DNA from: Candidatus Latescibacterota bacterium
GTDB lineage: Bacteria; Latescibacterota; UBA2968; UBA8231
Assembly: GCA_965200315.1 (NCBI GenBank)
Contig: OZ241362.1
Coordinates: forward strand, 1,760,001 to 1,824,000
Direction of reading: 5' to 3'
DNA: 64,000 nucleotides
A program made the position numbers and the translations under genes. Every line of letters begins with the position of its first letter. The first letter of the stretch is position 1. Positions 60,081-64,000 of the stretch are shown piece after piece. The notes beneath the pieces were generated by a model. It was not told the origin of the DNA. It searched no databases and worked only from the letters and a program-made list of their open reading frames with translations.

Positions 60081-61061
60081 ATGAAGCCTCGTACTCGACC
60101 CAATTCGCTCCGCCCACTGCGGCGCTGGCTCCCGCTGGCGGCCCTCCTGCTGGCGGTTGCTCCTACCCCACTACATGCCGGCGCTTGGACTCAGGACTTG
60201 GGCGGCATGTACTTCAAAATCGCCGGACTTTCCTTCCGCTCTCAAGACTATCTCGACGCCGTTGGCAAGCGGCAGGCCCGAGTGGCAAAACCCAGCACGG
60301 AAGAATTAAGCGATAGGAATATATCGGCCTACTTGGAGTATGGTTTGCGGGAGCACCTGACCTTGGTGGCCACCCTGCCCTACAAGCGCTTGGTGTACAA
60401 GAACACCGAAGTAAAGGAGTTCAAAAGCGACGTTCTCGATACCACCATAACTCGCATCCACCCCGACGAAATCAACTCAGGTCTGGCCGATTTGGAACTG
60501 CGCCTGCGCTGGCGCGTGCTCCGCAATCCAGCGGTAGTCTCCCTAGCGCTAGGCGGCAAATTCCCTTTAGGCTACGACATGGATCAAGACAGCATTGGCT
60601 CCCTCGACGCGGGCGGGCTTGGCCTGGGGCCGAGTCCAGTGGATGGCGTCGCAGATGCCGTCAGCAAGGTTCCCTTGGGTACGGGCGAGAAAGACATCGA
60701 CCTGCGCCTGTTGGTAGGCAAATCGCTGTATCCATTTCCGGGCTATTTGACGAGTACGGTCGGCTATCGCAAGCGGGGCGGGGCCTTCAGCGACGAATTC
60801 TTCTATGGCTTAGAGGCCGGCGTCACCTATAAACGCCTGCTGGTCAAAGGCGTGGTCGAAGGGATGCGCACCACGAGCGATTGCGGTGCCATGGGACAGG
60901 GCGGTCTCGTCGGCGACCAAGACATCCTCAAGCTGGCCCCGGGGTTAATTTGGTCGCTCAGTAAGCACCTCGAAATCGGCGTCGATTTGTTCCACATCGC
61001 GGCTGGCTGCAATACCGCAGCGGGCACGACCTACGCCGCAGGGTTGGCTTTCAAGCGCTAA
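60081..61061 (+). CDS. Exported protein, probable outer-membrane beta-barrel
   Basis: Signal peptide ending AGAW, YLEYGL, GLADLEL, PLGTGE.D; aromatic residue near the C-terminus. Confidence 0.65.
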   Translation: MKPRTRPNSLRPLRRWLPLAALLLAVAPTPLHAGAWTQDLGGMYFKIAGLSFRSQDYLDAVGKRQARVAKPSTEELSDRNISAYLEYGLREHLTLVATLPYKRLVYKNTEVKEFKSDVLDTTITRIHPDEINSGLADLELRLRWRVLRNPAVVSLALGGKFPLGYDMDQDSIGSLDAGGLGLGPSPVDGVADAVSKVPLGTGEKDIDLRLLVGKSLYPFPGYLTSTVGYRKRGGAFSDEFFYGLEAGVTYKRLLVKGVVEGMRTTSDCGAMGQGGLVGDQDILKLAPGLIWSLSKHLEIGVDLFHIAAGCNTAAGTTYAAGLAFKR

Positions 61062-61127
61062 AAAATCGCGGCTGCCGAGCCAATCTGTTATATTCTCCTC
61101 ATACAAAACCATTGAAAGGAGGCTGTG

Positions 61128-62117
61128 ATGCCGCGCAAAAAATGGGAGCTCCCCGAGCGTCAGGCCACCGACGAAGACGCCTATCTCAACCGCCGCAAGT
61201 TCATCCGGCGGGCTGGTTTGGGCACCATCGGCCTACTCGCGGGATGCATCCCCGAAAAGCTCCTCAATCCAGAAAAACTCGTCGATCCAACAAAATACCT
61301 CAGTCCCCTCATCGAGCCAATCCCGCCTTCAGAGTGGTATCCGGCTCCCACAAACGATGAGTTTTCCACGCTCGACCGGCCGCTTACCGATGAGACGATA
61401 GCAGCCCGGTACAACAACTTCTATGAATTCTCCACCTCCAAAGAGGTATGGCGCTTCATAGACAATTTTGAGCCTGCCCCCTGGACCGTGGAAATAAGCG
61501 GCCTGGTGCAGCAGCCCAAGACCTACGATATCGACTACCTAATCGGCATCATGGATCTGGAAGAGCGCCTCTACCGCCATCGCTGCGTCGAGGCGTGGTC
61601 CATGGCCATCCCGTGGACGGGCTTTCCCATGCGGGACCTCATCGACTTTGTCCAACCGCTGTCATCGGCCCGCTATGTGCGCATGATCTCCTTCTTCAAT
61701 CCCGAAGTGGCCCCAGTCCAATGGGATCGCTCCGATTGGCCTTGGCCCTATACCGAGGGCCTGACCATGGCCGAAGCGACCAATGAGTTGACGCTGCTGG
61801 CGACGGGTGTCTACGGCCACGAAATGCCCAAGCAACACGGTGCCCCCCTGCGCTTGGTAACGCCTTGGAAATACGGCTATAAGGGCCTCAAGTCGATCAC
61901 CAAAATCGAATTCACCAACGAACAGCCGGCGACGTTTTGGAACACCCTAGCACCCCACGAGTACGGCTTTTTCTCCAACGTCGAGCCCGACGTTCCCCAT
62001 CCCCGCTGGTCGCAAGCCAGCGAGCGCTTCATCTCCACTGCCCTCAATACGTCCGAACGACGAGCAACCCTCCCCTACAACGGCTACGCAGAGTACGTCG
62101 CCCATTTGTACGAGTAA
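61128..62117 (+). CDS. msrP: Protein-methionine-sulfoxide reductase catalytic subunit MsrP
   Basis: Tat NRRKF, YNNFYEF, RCVEAWSM.IPW.GF, GAPLRLV.PWKYG.K, PHPRWSQASER. Confidence 0.93.
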   Translation: MPRKKWELPERQATDEDAYLNRRKFIRRAGLGTIGLLAGCIPEKLLNPEKLVDPTKYLSPLIEPIPPSEWYPAPTNDEFSTLDRPLTDETIAARYNNFYEFSTSKEVWRFIDNFEPAPWTVEISGLVQQPKTYDIDYLIGIMDLEERLYRHRCVEAWSMAIPWTGFPMRDLIDFVQPLSSARYVRMISFFNPEVAPVQWDRSDWPWPYTEGLTMAEATNELTLLATGVYGHEMPKQHGAPLRLVTPWKYGYKGLKSITKIEFTNEQPATFWNTLAPHEYGFFSNVEPDVPHPRWSQASERFISTALNTSERRATLPYNGYAEYVAHLYE

Positions 62118-62135
62118 TTCTTAAAGGAGACCCTT

Positions 62136-62780
62136 ATGAGCCAACTCCTGTCGTCTGTCCTCTTACTCTGCCTGCTCGTCGCGCCGCTCGCCGCTCAGCA
62201 AGAAGCGCTGCACGGCACTTGGGAGGGCACTATCGTCGATGAGCAAATCGGCGAGATTGTCATTCGCCTGACCTTCGGGGAGGATGGAGCCTTTGAGATC
62301 GACCAAGTCATTCAGGTGAAAGACGATTTCCTAGCCGATGTCCAAGTCCCGGAGCCACCCACCATGGAGACGCTCGCCGCCCACGGCACCGGCAACTATG
62401 GAGTCTTGGGCGACAATCTGGTGATTGGTATAGCCGCATTACACCTGTCTGTGGACGGCGAAGGCTTCGTCGAATTTTTCACCCAAGTGGCCCGCGACTT
62501 CGCCCGCTACGTAGCCGACTCGCACGGAATCCCCGCCGAGACCTACCCAGCCTTTGAACAAGAATTTATCGACGCATTTTTCGCTGAACTCGATACGGTT
62601 TCGTTCCTCGCCATTCTCAATAAGTGGGGGGTTATCGCGTATGCCATTGAGGGGGGCACCCTGTTTCTCACTACCACGAAGGAGACCGGAGTCACAGTCT
62701 GGGAATTCCACCGCATAGACGCCTCCAGTGCGGTCGCCGAAACTACCTGGGGCCACCTGAAAGCAGCCTCGCGTCCGTAA
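62136..62780 (+). CDS. Secreted hypothetical protein with a C-terminal AV..TTWG.LK tail
   Basis: AAGGAG RBS, signal peptide, L.GTW, terminal SAVAETTWGHLKA. Confidence 0.75.
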   Translation: MSQLLSSVLLLCLLVAPLAAQQEALHGTWEGTIVDEQIGEIVIRLTFGEDGAFEIDQVIQVKDDFLADVQVPEPPTMETLAAHGTGNYGVLGDNLVIGIAALHLSVDGEGFVEFFTQVARDFARYVADSHGIPAETYPAFEQEFIDAFFAELDTVSFLAILNKWGVIAYAIEGGTLFLTTTKETGVTVWEFHRIDASSAVAETTWGHLKAASRP

Positions 62781-62824
62781 CGCTCTTGGAATCGCTCGGC
62801 TGCAAACACAAGCGCTATACCGCT

Positions 62825-63688
62825 ATGCAAAATGGACGCAACAAAAAGCGAGAACAATTGGCCCGCGATGGGTTTTATGTATTCAAAAACACGCTCGATG
62901 CCCCCCTGTTGGAGTGCTTAAAGAGCTTTAGCGATGGCGTGCTCGCCCGACAGGACCCAGCGCATTTTGCGAACCAGCGCACGACCGGCAGCATGGTGAT
63001 GATCGATTGGGCTATGGCCTATCAGCATTCGGTAATGGCCGAACTCATCGCCCACCCCAACGCGCTCACAGCACTGCAACAGCTCGGGTTCGCCGACCCC
63101 AAGTTTGGCCACGGACGCATCATCAGCAAGCCACCCCACAGCCCACCCCTGTTCTGGCATGAAGACGGTCGTTTCTGGGACGATCCGGTGAGCTATACGA
63201 CGCAGCCCATCCAGTGCTTTTTGATGTACTACCTGACCGACACCACGCCGCAAAACGGGTGCCTGCGCGTGATCCCGGGGTCGCACCTCAAGCGTCATGC
63301 CTTACACGACAAAATTGCACCGGGCCATACAGACGACCTCAGAACATTTGCCAATCCCGACGATCCGGGGTTTTCGCGGGTAGCTGACGAGATCGATGTT
63401 CCCGTAAAAGCCGGCGACCTCGTCATGGGATACGGCAGCCTGTTGCACGCTTCCCATGCCAATCAAAGCAATCAGCACCGGACGGTGCTCACGATGTGGT
63501 ACTATCCAGACTTTGTCACCCTACCCGAGCGCACACAGGCCACCGTTGCCCTAGCAGAAGCCAATAACAGCGACGCCAGCTCAGCATCTGCAAAGACCCA
63601 AGCTCTGCTCGAACCACTCAGAATCGCGTACGCTGGCGAGGCCGAGCCGATAGCGATACAGTGGACACCAGGCGAGGGACTGAAGTGA
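62825..63688 (+). CDS. PhyH family dioxygenase
   Basis: ISKPP, WHED, NGCLRVIPGSH, LLHASHAN. Confidence 0.88.
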   Translation: MQNGRNKKREQLARDGFYVFKNTLDAPLLECLKSFSDGVLARQDPAHFANQRTTGSMVMIDWAMAYQHSVMAELIAHPNALTALQQLGFADPKFGHGRIISKPPHSPPLFWHEDGRFWDDPVSYTTQPIQCFLMYYLTDTTPQNGCLRVIPGSHLKRHALHDKIAPGHTDDLRTFANPDDPGFSRVADEIDVPVKAGDLVMGYGSLLHASHANQSNQHRTVLTMWYYPDFVTLPERTQATVALAEANNSDASSASAKTQALLEPLRIAYAGEAEPIAIQWTPGEGLK

Positions 63689-63827
63689 GAAATAGATAGT
63701 TCGACACATGCGCGATTCGGATATTGACTTTCTCGGCGGGGCTTCCCCGCCATTTTTATATTACTCTCCGAGTATGCTCCGGCTATCACTCGATAGACAC
63801 TAACTCTCGCATTAGAAGTAGGTACCG

Positions 63828-64000
63828 ATGGAACGGCTAATCAGCCTATTCGGACTTGTGGTGATGATTGCCCTAGTCTTCGCCATGAGTGCCGACCGCC
63901 GCAAAGTAGATCGCCGCTTAGTGGTGGCTGGCGTGGGACTGCAATTTCTCCTCGCCCTGCTCGTGCTCAAAACCGGGCCGGGACAGGCGCTTTTTAGTTA
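63828..64000 (+). CDS. NupC/CNT nucleoside transporter, N-terminal part (runs off the window)
   Basis: MERLISLFGLVVMIALVFAMSADRRKVDRRLVVAGVGLQ matches the CNT N-terminus. Confidence 0.85.
   Translation, partial: MERLISLFGLVVMIALVFAMSADRRKVDRRLVVAGVGLQFLLALLVLKTGPGQALFS

Overview
GC-rich bacterial chromosomal segment. The gene content suggests an FCB-group organism such as Candidatus Latescibacterota, possibly host-associated; this is inference from FlgD/T9SS-like C-terminal domains, a TWGxxK-tailed protein, many PhyH dioxygenases, a sulfatase and sialidases. The first ~24.7 kb is mostly a + strand housekeeping run: tRNA-Lys(CTT), efp, accB, accC, gcvH, HNH, scpA, scpB, rluB, cmk, rpsA, mutS, rlmB, lptD, dtd, maf, rodZ, priA, a PorZ-like propeller and DUF4159. 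The rest is accessory. It holds an RND efflux operon with an ASPIC/UnbV protein, toxin-antitoxin modules and remnants, and a sulfatase/sialidase/PhyH/UxuA/aldolase cluster. It also holds an AT-rich island splitting a propeller pseudogene, a giant M28-like/FtsX fusion paired with a DUF6785-like membrane protein, alpha-carbonic anhydrase, msrP and several pseudogenes. The most striking observation is a ~24-26 bp palindromic element, CCTTCGGCTGAGCTCAGGTCGAAGCC. It is inserted in frame inside ScpA, RlmB and PriA, a sister variant sits in the DUF6785-like gene, and a further copy and a related motif lie just upstream of two PhyH genes. No CRISPR array, rRNA or intact transposase/integrase was seen. 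All protein family calls come from recognised motifs, not database searches.
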